DNA of 64,000 nt from Nitrosopumilus sp. (lineage in GTDB: Archaea > Thermoproteota > Nitrososphaeria > Nitrososphaerales > Nitrosopumilaceae), in the NCBI GenBank assembly GCA_965205425.1, contig CBDBGZ010000009.1, forward strand, positions 576,001 to 640,000. Reading direction: 5' to 3'. A program made the translations under genes and the position numbers. Within the stretch, counting starts at the first letter, position 1. Every line of letters starts with the position of its first letter. The notes beneath the pieces were generated by a model, which did no database searches, was not told the DNA's origin, and was given only the letters and a program-made list of their open reading frames with translations. Below, piece by piece: positions 28,072 through 38,103 of the stretch.

Positions 28072-30246
28072 TCAGACAACATAAGGTGACTTACACTTTG
28101 GACACTTGTCATCAAATGGTTCATCTTTGAAACCACATTCACCACAAATTGCAGTATGTCTTACAGGTTTGAAAGAATGTGCAAGTTCTGATGTTTTCTC
28201 AATGGATTTTTTGATATCCTCAACCTTTGCATCTTTATCAATATCTAATGTTACTAATAATCCGCCATTAAGTAATTTTGAGAGTTTGTTACACTCAGAG
28301 ATTGGCTCACTCTTGTTAGTATAATCAAAAACTTCTGAAGCATTAACTATGATTCCTTGGGAATAGAATTCAGTATCCATTGAGTTTAGGCTGGAATTTT
28401 TACCATATTTTTCACCATCAAGAGTAGCAAAACGAACAGAGCCTTCAGTATTAGTCATGGAAATAGCCACTGTGTCGCCTAATTCTTTGCCTTTTTTGGC
28501 TCCAACGTCTACGGCTGTTTCAATGACTTTGTGTAGAATATCCCTGCCTTCTTTATTGTCTTGGAATCCAAGTATGTTAAAGACAGCCTCTTTGAGGCCC
28601 ACTAAATTTACTACAAGGGATACAGAGCTTCTTTGCATGTATTGGGTATTCTTTGCAAGAATAGGGTTAAGTCCTCTTCGAGTTAAATCTGAGATTTCTT
28701 TCTTTCTTAATGCCATTGAAGCTAAAGCTGGTTTCATTAACAAAGCTAGTCTTGCTCTAAAATAAGTCTCATCTTTGTTTGATTCAAAGGCTAATCTTGG
28801 AAGGTTAATTGAAACTGATTGTAAGGTAATTGAAAGAGGACCAGAGGTTTTTGTAGATCCATTTGTGATACCATAACTAGATGTTTGACCTTTAGCAAAC
28901 ATTACTTTTCCCCCAAGAGAAATTATTTCAGATGCTGCTTGTGATACATCAGTTATCTTTCCTTTATCAGCATCAATTATCAAACCAATTTTTGGAATTG
29001 GAGTAATTTTTGTATAATTTTTGTATGCATTAATAATTGAATTAATTATTTTTGTATCAGTTCCTAATTGTAAACGGATTGAAACGTTGGTACTAGTTTT
29101 ATTATATTTTGCAGTTGTAGATGCTGTAGCAAAAGCCTCAGTTAATTTTTCTTCAAGTTCTGGAAGTGATTTTGAATGTTTCGTAAATAATGCAACTAAT
29201 CCATCAAGTACAATCTCTTGAGAAGCTTCTTTTGAAAGAAGAGCAATAATAATAGATAATGCACTAGTGATCTCACCTAATTGTTTTGATGCAGGAATTC
29301 TTGATACATCTAGATATTTTCCACCAAGTTCAATTCCATCATCAATTAATTCTTTAACGTTAACAAATATTGTATCAGGAATCATGGACCAAATTCCAGG
29401 ATTAGAAATGTGCAAGTCTCCAGATAAATGTGAATCAGCTACATCTTTAGGTAAAACATTTGTAAGAAGATGTTCAGCAAATACTCTTTGACCTGTGTTA
29501 AACAAAAGACCTTCAGCACCATTATCTACATTATCTAAATTAGATATCATCTCTTGAACATCATAAACAGGTATGCCTAGGCGTGCGAGTTTGTTTCTAT
29601 ATTCCTCGTGACCGTGCTCAAGCAGGACAGAATTAACCATTTCACGAATTAATGCACCTGTAAGATAGGTAGTCTGATATTTGTAAATTCTATTTTCAAC
29701 TTCTTCAGTAATTTTTTGTGCAAGTTCTAATGGAAGGCTTCCTTCACGAACTAATGATTGAATAATTTTGTGTGAGTTAAATTCTTCAATAGATTCAGAG
29801 GATGTTCTAACATACATTTTTCCACTTTCAATAATTGATCTTTCTTCAATTTGTCTTGCTAAACTTAAAACAAGTTTTCCAAGATTTGTAATGGTGTAAC
29901 GTCTTTCTGATTTGTTTAAAGCAACAAGTGATTGTCTAAGTAATTTTCTCAAGTGGTATGCAAATTTCCCACTTTCTTTTTTTGATTTGAATCCGGCAAG
30001 TGATTTTAATTCTGAATAAGTTAATGGACCTTTAGAATTTAAGATTCTAAGGATATCAATTCTGTTTGGACTTGCCATGACAGAAAATATCATTCTTACA
30101 CGTTTTGAGGTAGATTGTAAGATTCCACCTCGTTTTGGATCTGAATCATCTTCGTCGCCATCTAGATCTATATTCAATTCAGAATCATCGTCTAGATCAG
30201 CATTAACGTCTAGATCTAATTCTAAATCTTCTTCGGTTTGTTTCAC
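28072..30246 (-). CDS. ArsR-type HTH + ATP cone + degenerate NrdD-like barrel + Zn ribbon fusion
   Basis: SPNRIDILRIL..LTYSELK..GKFAYHLRKL (HTH), VRTSSESIEEFNSHKIIQSL (ATP cone), AHLSGDLHI-like, SINLPRLA, CGECG..CPKC; no C-terminal glycyl-radical motif. Confidence 0.8.
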   Translation of the reverse strand: MKQTEEDLELDLDVNADLDDDSELNIDLDGDEDDSDPKRGGILQSTSKRVRMIFSVMASPNRIDILRILNSKGPLTYSELKSLAGFKSKKESGKFAYHLRKLLRQSLVALNKSERRYTITNLGKLVLSLARQIEERSIIESGKMYVRTSSESIEEFNSHKIIQSLVREGSLPLELAQKITEEVENRIYKYQTTYLTGALIREMVNSVLLEHGHEEYRNKLARLGIPVYDVQEMISNLDNVDNGAEGLLFNTGQRVFAEHLLTNVLPKDVADSHLSGDLHISNPGIWSMIPDTIFVNVKELIDDGIELGGKYLDVSRIPASKQLGEITSALSIIIALLSKEASQEIVLDGLVALFTKHSKSLPELEEKLTEAFATASTTAKYNKTSTNVSIRLQLGTDTKIINSIINAYKNYTKITPIPKIGLIIDADKGKITDVSQAASEIISLGGKVMFAKGQTSSYGITNGSTKTSGPLSITLQSVSINLPRLAFESNKDETYFRARLALLMKPALASMALRKKEISDLTRRGLNPILAKNTQYMQRSSVSLVVNLVGLKEAVFNILGFQDNKEGRDILHKVIETAVDVGAKKGKELGDTVAISMTNTEGSVRFATLDGEKYGKNSSLNSMDTEFYSQGIIVNASEVFDYTNKSEPISECNKLSKLLNGGLLVTLDIDKDAKVEDIKKSIEKTSELAHSFKPVRHTAICGECGFKDEPFDDKCPKCKSPYVV

Positions 30247-30359
30247 TGATGTTTCTAAAATTAATGCAGTAAATAAGACTTGTGACTAGAACATTATTTC
30301 ATATTCTTGATCAGATTTTTTTGAAAATGGGAAAATGATCTTTAAAGAAGATCAATTAG

Positions 30360-30521
30360 TTATTTCTCTTGTACATCAAGTGAAAATTCTGATGTAGATA
30401 GTTTCTGTCCACATGATGGACATTTGCCATTTGATGGATTTAGTACATCTTTTAGAGATTTTAACATTTTCATGTTTGTGATCTTTTTTCCACATTTACC
30501 ACAGGTTATTTCTACTGACAT
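30360..30521 (-). CDS. Small Zn-ribbon protein (53 aa), not in the ORF track
   Basis: MSVEITCGKCGKK...NGKCPSCGQKLSTSEFSLDVQEK*. Confidence 0.7.
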   Translation of the reverse strand: MSVEITCGKCGKKITNMKMLKSLKDVLNPSNGKCPSCGQKLSTSEFSLDVQEK

Positions 30522-30590
30522 GAATAGATCAGATATGTAAAATAATTAAGAAAAGATTTTGATTTTTTTTAATAATTCAAGCAAATTATT

Positions 30591-30956
30591 TTACTGTTTT
30601 TCGATGAGAATTCCGCGTTCGTCAAAACCAGCAATTTTTGCTCTTGTTCCAACAGGAAGATCAGCCGGAGTAGCAATATTTGGCATAAATCCAGATATCC
30701 TCAAATCTGTGTTATCTACTTGCATGACAACAAAGGCATATGGAGTATATTTCTCAAAGCCAGCAGGAGCTACCGTGATTATAGTATAAGTGGCAACTGA
30801 GCCTACACCATCTAAAATAGTATCCTCAAATCCCTTACTCCCACATTTTATACAATAATACGCTGTAGACAAATGAAGAAATCCACATTCAGTACATTTG
30901 TGAGTTAAGAGTTTGCCTTCTTTGGCATAATCAATTAGTTGTTCTTCAATAGTCAT
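30591..30956 (-). CDS. DUF35 Zn-ribbon/OB-fold protein (thiolase partner)
   Basis: KCTECG..YCIKCGS, G.VATYTII..AP.GF; follows the thiolase. Confidence 0.88.
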   Translation of the reverse strand: MTIEEQLIDYAKEGKLLTHKCTECGFLHLSTAYYCIKCGSKGFEDTILDGVGSVATYTIITVAPAGFEKYTPYAFVVMQVDNTDLRISGFMPNIATPADLPVGTRAKIAGFDERGILIEKQ

Positions 30957-30957
30957 C

Positions 30958-32121
30958 TTACACACTTTGGAATACATGAACAGCACAACTTGCACCTGTT
31001 GCACCAAAGTTATGAGTTAAACCAATTTTTGCATCTTTAACAGTTCTGTCACCGGCTTTTCCAGTTAGTTGATCAAATACTTCTACTACTTGTCCAACAC
31101 CTGTTGCACCAATTGGATGTCCTTTTGATTTTAGACCACCTGATGGATTAATTGAAATATCAGAATTTAATTTTGTTCTACCTTCACGAACAGCTTGAAT
31201 ACCTTGTCCTTTATCAAAGAATCCCAAGTCTTCAGTGTCAACAACTTCTGCAATTGTAAAACAATCATGTACTTCTGCAAAGTCAACATCTTTTGCAGTG
31301 ATACCTGCCATTTTGTATGCATCTGCTACTGCAAGTTTTGTACTAGGAATTGTTGTCATGTGTTCACGTCCTTGTAATGCAGCAGGTGAACCACCTCTAC
31401 CAGAACCAATTACTTCAACATAGTCACCACCATGTTCTTTTGCAAATTTTTCAGAACAAAGAATTACAGAGCTTGCACCATCAGAGAATGGGCAGCAATC
31501 ATAAAGTTTTAGTGGACTTGCAACTACTGCAGATTTCATTACATCATCAACTGTAATTTTCTTTTGCATGTGTGCTTTTGGATTAAGAACACCGTTATCA
31601 TGATTCTTTACTGCAACTGCTGCAAAATCTTCTTCAGTTGCATCAAACTCTGTCAAGTAAGCTCTTGCCATTGATGCAAACAAACCTGGAAATGATGCAC
31701 CAGCTTGGCCTTCATAGAAAAAGTCAGAACAATATGCAAAGTAAGTTGTAGTCCATTCAGTTCCAGTGTGAGTTACTTTTTCAACGCCGGTAACAACAAG
31801 ACAATCATAAAATCCAGCTGCAACATTGGCATATGCCTCTCTAAAAGATACAGAGCCACTGCCACATGCAGACTCTATTGTTAGTGATGGTTTATCAGGA
31901 ATTCCTAATCTACTCATTAAGACAGGACCAATATGGACTTGTTTGTCAGCTACGCCGAAAACGTTTGAAATGTAAGATGCTTGGATGTCTTTTGGAGATA
32001 TTCCTGCACTTTCTATGGCTGAAACTGATGCTTGTGTAGTAATATCTGCAATACTTTCACTTAATTTTCCATATTTGGTGCTACCAGCGCCAAGAACACA
32101 AACCTTTTCCACAAATGTCAC
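30958..32121 (-). CDS. Archaeal thiolase (acetyl-CoA C-acetyltransferase)
   Basis: ESACGSG, DGAS, EVHDCF, GHPIGATG and HNFG motifs. Confidence 0.93.
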   Translation of the reverse strand: MTFVEKVCVLGAGSTKYGKLSESIADITTQASVSAIESAGISPKDIQASYISNVFGVADKQVHIGPVLMSRLGIPDKPSLTIESACGSGSVSFREAYANVAAGFYDCLVVTGVEKVTHTGTEWTTTYFAYCSDFFYEGQAGASFPGLFASMARAYLTEFDATEEDFAAVAVKNHDNGVLNPKAHMQKKITVDDVMKSAVVASPLKLYDCCPFSDGASSVILCSEKFAKEHGGDYVEVIGSGRGGSPAALQGREHMTTIPSTKLAVADAYKMAGITAKDVDFAEVHDCFTIAEVVDTEDLGFFDKGQGIQAVREGRTKLNSDISINPSGGLKSKGHPIGATGVGQVVEVFDQLTGKAGDRTVKDAKIGLTHNFGATGASCAVHVFQSV

Positions 32122-32168
32122 TGACCTATTTCCCTATAAAAATCGTTTTAGTAAATTCATCATAGAAA

Positions 32169-32636
32169 ATGCCAAGAAGAAAATCAAGTCTCAAAACTGT
32201 TCAGATCAAAAAGCCTACAATAAGACATGTAGTCAAAACTACAAAGTCAAAAACAAACATCTTCAAAAAAGAAATTATTCAATATTTTGATAGTAATGGA
32301 TTTCTGTCTTGGTCTGCAAAAGAGAAAAAATACATAATTCTTGGAACAAATTCTCCTAAAAATGGTCTAGTTCCATGTCCTGAATGTAAACTCGGAGAGT
32401 TGATGGTAATCAGAAATAAAGCTACAAGAAAACGATTCATGGGTTGTTCAAATTATTATGGTGGATGTAAAGCATCATCACCATTATTACAAAGAGCAAG
32501 AATGCGAGCAACAAAGACGCCTTGTGATATATGTAAATGGCCAATGATAATTTTTAGATATACACGAAATCAAAAATGGACAAAACAATGTGGAAATTTT
32601 AATTGTGATAGTAGAAAAACTAAGCCTTCAAAGTAG
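32169..32636 (+). CDS. Stand-alone topoisomerase C4 Zn-finger domain protein
   Basis: CPECKLGEL..RFMGCSNYYGGC and CDICKWP..CGNFNC. Confidence 0.8.
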   Translation: MPRRKSSLKTVQIKKPTIRHVVKTTKSKTNIFKKEIIQYFDSNGFLSWSAKEKKYIILGTNSPKNGLVPCPECKLGELMVIRNKATRKRFMGCSNYYGGCKASSPLLQRARMRATKTPCDICKWPMIIFRYTRNQKWTKQCGNFNCDSRKTKPSK

Positions 32637-33426
32637 GATAAACATCAGTTCGTCTGTTTTTAAGTAATGGTAAAATTTTTCTTGTTTGTTTTACTTTGTT
32701 CAAATCAATATCTATAAAACTAATTCCTTGTTTCTTTTTCATATCAAGTAAAATTTTTCCATATGGATCAACTACTAAACTTCTTCCACAATAAATATTT
32801 CCAATTTGATCTGGTGCTATAACATAACATCCATTTTCAATTGCACGTGTTTTGTTAATGGTAATCCAATGCTCCTCTTTCATATTTCCTTTAACCCATG
32901 CTGATGGTGCTACTAATACTTCAGAGCCTGCAGCTGCAAGTGATCTTGACATTTCTGGAAATCTTAAATCATAACAGATCATCATGCCAATTTTTCCAAT
33001 TGATGTTTTGATTGGTTTTGAAATTTTTGAGCCTGATTTCATTTTGTCAGATTCTTTAAATCCTAATGCATCATAGAGATGTATTTTACGATAAGTAGAG
33101 ATTACCTTGCCATATTTATCAATCACAAATGCAGTATCATAAACTCGATCTTTTGTTCTACTCTTCTCATAAAATGAACCTACAACTTGAATTTTATTTT
33201 TTTTTGCAGTTTTTGCAATAGTAGTAACAAAATTTCCATTAATTGTTTCAGATAAACTTGCTAATTGTTTTGATGTTTGAGATGAATTTGTATAAAACAT
33301 CATGAATTCTGGAAATGCACAAAATGTTGCATTCTTTGATGCAGCTTTTGAAATGTATGAAAGAATTTTCTTTAGATTAACTTCCTTGTTAGTTGAAGCT
33401 GTAAACTGAACTACTGCAACTTTCAT
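32620..33426 (-). CDS. Carbon-nitrogen hydrolase (nitrilase superfamily, Nit1-like)
   Basis: FPE, YRKIHLYD, ICYDLRFPE and RAIENG. Confidence 0.92.
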   Translation of the reverse strand: MKVAVVQFTASTNKEVNLKKILSYISKAASKNATFCAFPEFMMFYTNSSQTSKQLASLSETINGNFVTTIAKTAKKNKIQVVGSFYEKSRTKDRVYDTAFVIDKYGKVISTYRKIHLYDALGFKESDKMKSGSKISKPIKTSIGKIGMMICYDLRFPEMSRSLAAAGSEVLVAPSAWVKGNMKEEHWITINKTRAIENGCYVIAPDQIGNIYCGRSLVVDPYGKILLDMKKKQGISFIDIDLNKVKQTRKILPLLKNRRTDVYPTLKA

Positions 33427-33576
33427 GAATTTGATGAATCATATCACAATAAAAGGATAAATTTGTGGTACAACTCAGAAATGTACCATTTTCTTCTTAT
33501 GCAAATTCATCATATACAATACAAACCAATCATAGTGTGTATGTCGTCCCTTGGCTGGAGGGATATTTTCCAGTCA

Positions 33577-34278
33577 AATATTTTTAAAAATAATTAAAGA
33601 AATAGAAATCCTACTAACATGTCCGTTACCACGAAGTAGAGATAAGTTATTAGAAATACCGTTGAGAGTTAGAATATCTACTCCTGGAATGTCTGGAGAA
33701 ATTTTCTTATTTCCAAATAAAAGACCTTCAGGTTCTAGAATAATTGTATCAGAAGTGAAACGAACATCAATTGTTTGACTAAAAGATTCTTGAGTAGTAG
33801 AAATCCAACCAATTTCTTCAGTTTGAGTTACTATAGCGAAAAGATAAAGTTCATGAACTAAATAATTTCAAAAACTAGAAATCAGTTGATCTTACCTATA
33901 GGTAAATACGAATAAACAAATTGAAACACCTAAAAAATAACTCACGAACTTATGCTTCTTGCTATACAAAAGTAGCATCTACATGTGGAATTATAGTAGT
34001 AAATCTTAGGAACCCATCTAAATCAGAAATTTCAGGGGATGTGGAAATGATTTGAGAATTTAAACTATCATGTAAAACCCTACATTACCACTTTGGATTG
34101 TAACCCCTTTGTCAATCTCAACTGTTTCTAATCCATATACTACATAGTTCAAAATATCTGTAATATCAGATGTTTCAGCATAAGCTACAGGTATAGAATA
34201 AAATGAAACAGATAGAGGTCCAATTACTGCAGATGATAATAAAACTAGAATAAGAAAAGACGAAGATACGGTTTTCAT
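33577..34278 (-). pseudogene. Degraded secreted/surface protein gene (frameshift ~34075, MITE insertion)
   Basis: Signal-peptide ORF 34060-34278 continues in another frame; deleting the MITE plus one TA restores ...PHVDATFVVTQTEEIGW... Confidence 0.6.
33832..33966 (+). mobile_element. MITE copy 1 (135 bp including flanking TA)
   Basis: Ends TATAGCGAAAAGATAAAGTTC ... GAACTTATGCTTCTTGCTATA; similar inverted copy at 36076-36210. Confidence 0.8.
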
Positions 34279-34416
34279 ATAAAGTATGAAAAATATTACT
34301 ATTTTAAAATGGATCTATGTAAGAAAAAATTCTTACAAATTAAAAATAAAATTGGTTTTGTACCGTAAAGTTTTGATCGTTGTGTATTATTCTACTAGTC
34401 ACAAATAACCAGACAT

Positions 34417-34593
34417 TTACAATTGCTTTCCTGCTAAAAACCAATTTTCTTTAGGATTGTCTTCAAAAACAACAATAACGTGACTTTCTTTTGTCTTTAG
34501 AATCTCTACTGCTGATTTTGTAATTGCTTTTGCATATTCATCTTTTTGTTCCTGTGTTCTACCAGGATACATTGATACAGTAATCAAAGGCAT
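34417..34593 (-). CDS. 4-oxalocrotonate tautomerase family protein (58 aa), not in the ORF track
   Basis: MPLITVSMYPGRTQEQKDEYAKAIT...VIVVFEDNPKENWFLAG with catalytic Pro1. Confidence 0.9.
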   Translation of the reverse strand: MPLITVSMYPGRTQEQKDEYAKAITKSAVEILKTKESHVIVVFEDNPKENWFLAGKQL

Positions 34594-34626
34594 ATGAATT
34601 TCAAATAGATTCAGTGATTTATTCTT

Positions 34627-35397
34627 TCAATAATCTGGTCTATAGCCATATCTTGTACCATATGTAAAGTCAGAACTGTGCATTTTTTTGTAGATATATC
34701 CAGTTCCCAAACCAACTGCAAAGCCACCAATGTGTGCAAGATATGCTACACCACCACCTGCAACACCAAATCCTCCAATGAAGAAAGGCAATAGATTTTG
34801 AAAAACTAGCCAAAAGGGCAAGAACCATCGAGCTTGTATGTGCATCATTCTCCAAATGAATCCAAGCATCATGAAAGTTTGAACTCTTGCTCTTGGAAAA
34901 ATTATCAAATATGCACCCAGTACTCCAGAAATTGCACCAGAAGCTCCAACTGCAGGAATTGCACTGCTAGGATCTCCAAGTATGTGAATTAATCCCGCAG
35001 CTATTCCCCACATTAAATAAATTCCAAAAAATTTTACTTTGCCAAACTTTTGTTCAATGTTATCACCAAATATCCATAAGAACCAGATGTTTCCACCAAG
35101 ATGAAGTAAACCACCATGCATGAAAGTGGATGTCAGTAATGTAACTTCTGAAAATGCAGGACATTGTATTATTCCATTTACAGTTTCTATTCCACTATAT
35201 GTTCCAGTAACACAAGCCGGAACCGCTCCCCAATTGTAAAACATTACAAATGCTTTTTCATTTGAAAAGTCAAAAAATTGTCCCGTATATGCTACTTCCA
35301 TAAAAAATACTATAACATTTGTAATGATTAATGCAATTGTTACTTTGGGTTTGAATCCTGGAGGATGGGGATTCTCATCTCTTAAAGGAAACAACAA
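34627..35397 (-). CDS. Rhomboid intramembrane serine protease
   Basis: FMHGGLLHLGGN, GASGAISG and AYLAHIGG. Confidence 0.95.
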   Translation of the reverse strand: MLFPLRDENPHPPGFKPKVTIALIITNVIVFFMEVAYTGQFFDFSNEKAFVMFYNWGAVPACVTGTYSGIETVNGIIQCPAFSEVTLLTSTFMHGGLLHLGGNIWFLWIFGDNIEQKFGKVKFFGIYLMWGIAAGLIHILGDPSSAIPAVGASGAISGVLGAYLIIFPRARVQTFMMLGFIWRMMHIQARWFLPFWLVFQNLLPFFIGGFGVAGGGVAYLAHIGGFAVGLGTGYIYKKMHSSDFTYGTRYGYRPDY

Positions 35398-35648
35398 TAT
35401 TCAATGTCAACTAAGATCGTATAAATAAGATACTCAATTTTTGGAAAAAATAAGATGAGAAACATTACCAAAATGACTCTTTTGTTTCTCACCTAACTAT
35501 GGCCGTATAATGTACTATTGTATAATAGATAAAAACAAAATTGGTACATTGATAATTTGTACTGGTTGATAGAAAATCTCATTTTATGTTTGTGAAATCT
35601 ACCAGAAAAATTAATTTTTTAACATTATCTTTAGGAAATTAATTTAAT

Positions 35649-36232
35649 TTAGAAAAATTGATACTTTTTAATTAAATTATGAATCAAAGGATTATTTTTA
35701 ATGAAATATTTTTTTTTGGAATTTTTTATTTTTGATATTACCAGATCATTATTAATTAATTCAGAAAGATTTTAAGAAATTGTAGGTAAAGATTTTCCAA
35801 CTTTATTTACTATTTCATGAAATTTCATGTTATTATCAATTAATGAAAATATTATTTCTCGTGAAGTAGATTTTCTTAAAAACTTAATAATTTTTATTTC
35901 TTCTAAAGCTAATTTCTGGTGAAAAGAGTCTTGTTTTGTCCTTTTCTCTATTAATATTGATAATGCCAGAAGATTCTAATTTGTTAAGATAGTGTGTTAG
36001 TACCCCATTTTTTAATCCAGATATACAGACTATTTCAGAGAAATGTAATCCAGGATTTTTGTAAATTATATCAGTTATAGCGAGAAGCATATGTTCATGA
36101 ACTATTTTCAAGGTGTTTCAGATTGTTTATTCGTATTTACCTTAGGTAAAATCATCTAATCTCTAGTTTTTTGATGATTTTTAGTTCACGAACTTTATCT
36201 TTTCGCTATAATAATGATGATCTATCAGACAC
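35649..36232 (-). pseudogene. Winged-helix transcriptional regulator pseudogene (MITE insertion, frameshift, internal stop)
   Basis: Removing the MITE gives GTG-SDRSSLLTDIIYKNPGLHFSEIV..SGLKNGVLTHYL.KLE; the frame shifts near 35905 into a second HTH. Confidence 0.75.
36076..36210 (-). mobile_element. MITE copy 2 (135 bp including flanking TA)
   Basis: Imperfect 29-bp TIR (23/29 matches); TA duplication; inserted in codon 8 of the wHTH gene. Confidence 0.85.
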
Positions 36233-36305
36233 AATAAAAAAAATTAAAAAATTATAGAAAAGAAAACTGGTTCATTTGTAGAATGTATTGGTATGAAATG
36301 AAAAA

Positions 36306-37862
36306 TTAAATTTTCAATATTCCATTACTAATTAGATATCGAATTCCTTGTACAAATGCATCATCATCAATGGCACCATCTGCCCACCAACCTGCATTAT
36401 TTCTAATCCAAGATGGAATTTCTTTAGATGTTGAAGTTTCTTGTTGAGTTTGAGGAATGGAGATTATTTTGTTTTTAATCATATATTCAATTCCTTGAAT
36501 GAATGTATTATCATCAATTTGTTCAGCAGACCACCATAAAGCATTATTTCTAATCCAATCAGGTAATGAAATTTCTTCATTTGCAGTTATTCTATCAATT
36601 ACAATAGGAATTGTTGTCTTTGCAAGGTTGTTGTTATCCAAGTTTTTAAAATTCAAATTTACAATACCTGAAACATCTTCAAGAATAAAAAATTCTGCAA
36701 CATTGTGTTCATCTTTTGAATCGGTACTAACACCACTTTGTTCATAAAGTATTTTTTCACCTTGAGTCACTGAAAATTCATAATTTGTTGCTACGGGTTT
36801 ATTTTTTAAGAATATATCAGTTACATCAAAAAGAATTTTTCCATTTGAATTTGATTTTAAGTTTTCTGGTTCCCAAGAAACAAGAATTCTAAACTGCCCA
36901 TTTTCAGTTACAGAACTTAGATGAGGGTAATCTTGATTTGGTTTAATTACAAAATCCATTCCATTTTGATTTGAATTATTATCAAAAATATTTTGTAATT
37001 CTTTTTGATATATTATAAAATGAACAATTCTACCATCAGCAAAGAAATCATCAATGTTTACAATATCTTGAGATAATTCTACGCCGTTGACATACATTGT
37101 AAATCCAGATACTAGTAAATCACCAAATGTTTTTGGAATTACTAGTTCTTCATGAACAACTGATGTTTGATTGATGTTTGATTGAGTCCATTCAAAAGGC
37201 ATGAAATAGCTAATTTCTTTTGAATTTGAATCATAATTAAAATTTGAAATTTCATCATAGTATGTAATGACATGAATATTTTGTTCCCCAAAATTAAGAT
37301 CTGTAAAATCATGTCTAGATGTTTGAGCAATAGAAATACCAGCATTGAAAACTAGTGGAACATCTAATTTTTGTGAATATCCATCAGCAGTTAACACACT
37401 TACATCTAACTTGTATAGTCCACCTTCACTAAGTTTAGGTCCTTTAACATGCACCATTCTACTTTCTAATCCCAACAAAGAACCAAAGAGTCCTCCTCCA
37501 TTTTCTTCTTCTAAAATTATTGAATCATTTTCTTCAGATACAAAATTAAAAACTATGAATCCATTGTCTGCTTTAAATTCTTGCTCAAAAAGAAATTGTT
37601 CTCCACGCTCTGATTTAATTAAAAATGTGACATCTCGTAGTGTAATTTTTGAATTAAAATCAATTAATGATATAGAGATTTGTTGATCATCATTTGTTTC
37701 AGGATCACTTTTGGATGATGAAACTTCTAGCGTTACAAGTTTTCCATCAAGATCAACCGGAGGAAAAGTTTCACTACCTACACCATGACCATATACATTA
37801 TCAAATCCAATAGTAAATACAAATGAAAATATTAAAACCACAAGTAATGAGAAATTTTTCAA
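36306..37862 (-). CDS. Secreted protein with N-terminal His (HGVG) and C-terminal P.WI.NNA.WW repeats
   Basis: Signal peptide ...NVYG|HGVG; two thaumarchaeal IPxWIRNNAxWW repeats; likely TTG start at 37862. Confidence 0.75.
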   Translation of the reverse strand: MKNFSLLVVLIFSFVFTIGFDNVYGHGVGSETFPPVDLDGKLVTLEVSSSKSDPETNDDQQISISLIDFNSKITLRDVTFLIKSERGEQFLFEQEFKADNGFIVFNFVSEENDSIILEEENGGGLFGSLLGLESRMVHVKGPKLSEGGLYKLDVSVLTADGYSQKLDVPLVFNAGISIAQTSRHDFTDLNFGEQNIHVITYYDEISNFNYDSNSKEISYFMPFEWTQSNINQTSVVHEELVIPKTFGDLLVSGFTMYVNGVELSQDIVNIDDFFADGRIVHFIIYQKELQNIFDNNSNQNGMDFVIKPNQDYPHLSSVTENGQFRILVSWEPENLKSNSNGKILFDVTDIFLKNKPVATNYEFSVTQGEKILYEQSGVSTDSKDEHNVAEFFILEDVSGIVNLNFKNLDNNNLAKTTIPIVIDRITANEEISLPDWIRNNALWWSAEQIDDNTFIQGIEYMIKNKIISIPQTQQETSTSKEIPSWIRNNAGWWADGAIDDDAFVQGIRYLISNGILKI

Positions 37863-37863
37863 T

Positions 37864-38070
37864 CTAGGTCCACTTGTCTGGATTTTTCTTTCTAATTTCT
37901 TTTCCATCAACGGTAACTTGATCTTCTTCTTCAAAAACAGTATGCCACCTACCATTGTCTGGAAAAATTTTATTCATTTCTTCAAATTTATCATTTGTAG
38001 GTGCTTTGTTCATTAAAGCTCCCCATCTCATGTTACGGACTTTTGGCATTATATCGTTGATGTCTTTCAT
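37864..38070 (-). CDS. Small conserved hypothetical protein
   Basis: MKDINDIMPKVRNMRWGALMNK...WHTVFEE; co-oriented within the cluster. Confidence 0.6.
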   Translation of the reverse strand: MKDINDIMPKVRNMRWGALMNKAPTNDKFEEMNKIFPDNGRWHTVFEEEDQVTVDGKEIRKKNPDKWT

Positions 38071-38103
38071 TATATTTTCACTAAACAAATTTAATTTAAA
38101 AAC

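Noticed and set aside
28072..30246. Functional class III anaerobic ribonucleotide reductase
   Set aside because: No glycyl-radical motif and no adjacent activase
35884..36111. Intact 75-aa HTH gene as given in the ORF track
   Set aside because: Its start lies inside the MITE; it is a fragment of a longer disrupted gene
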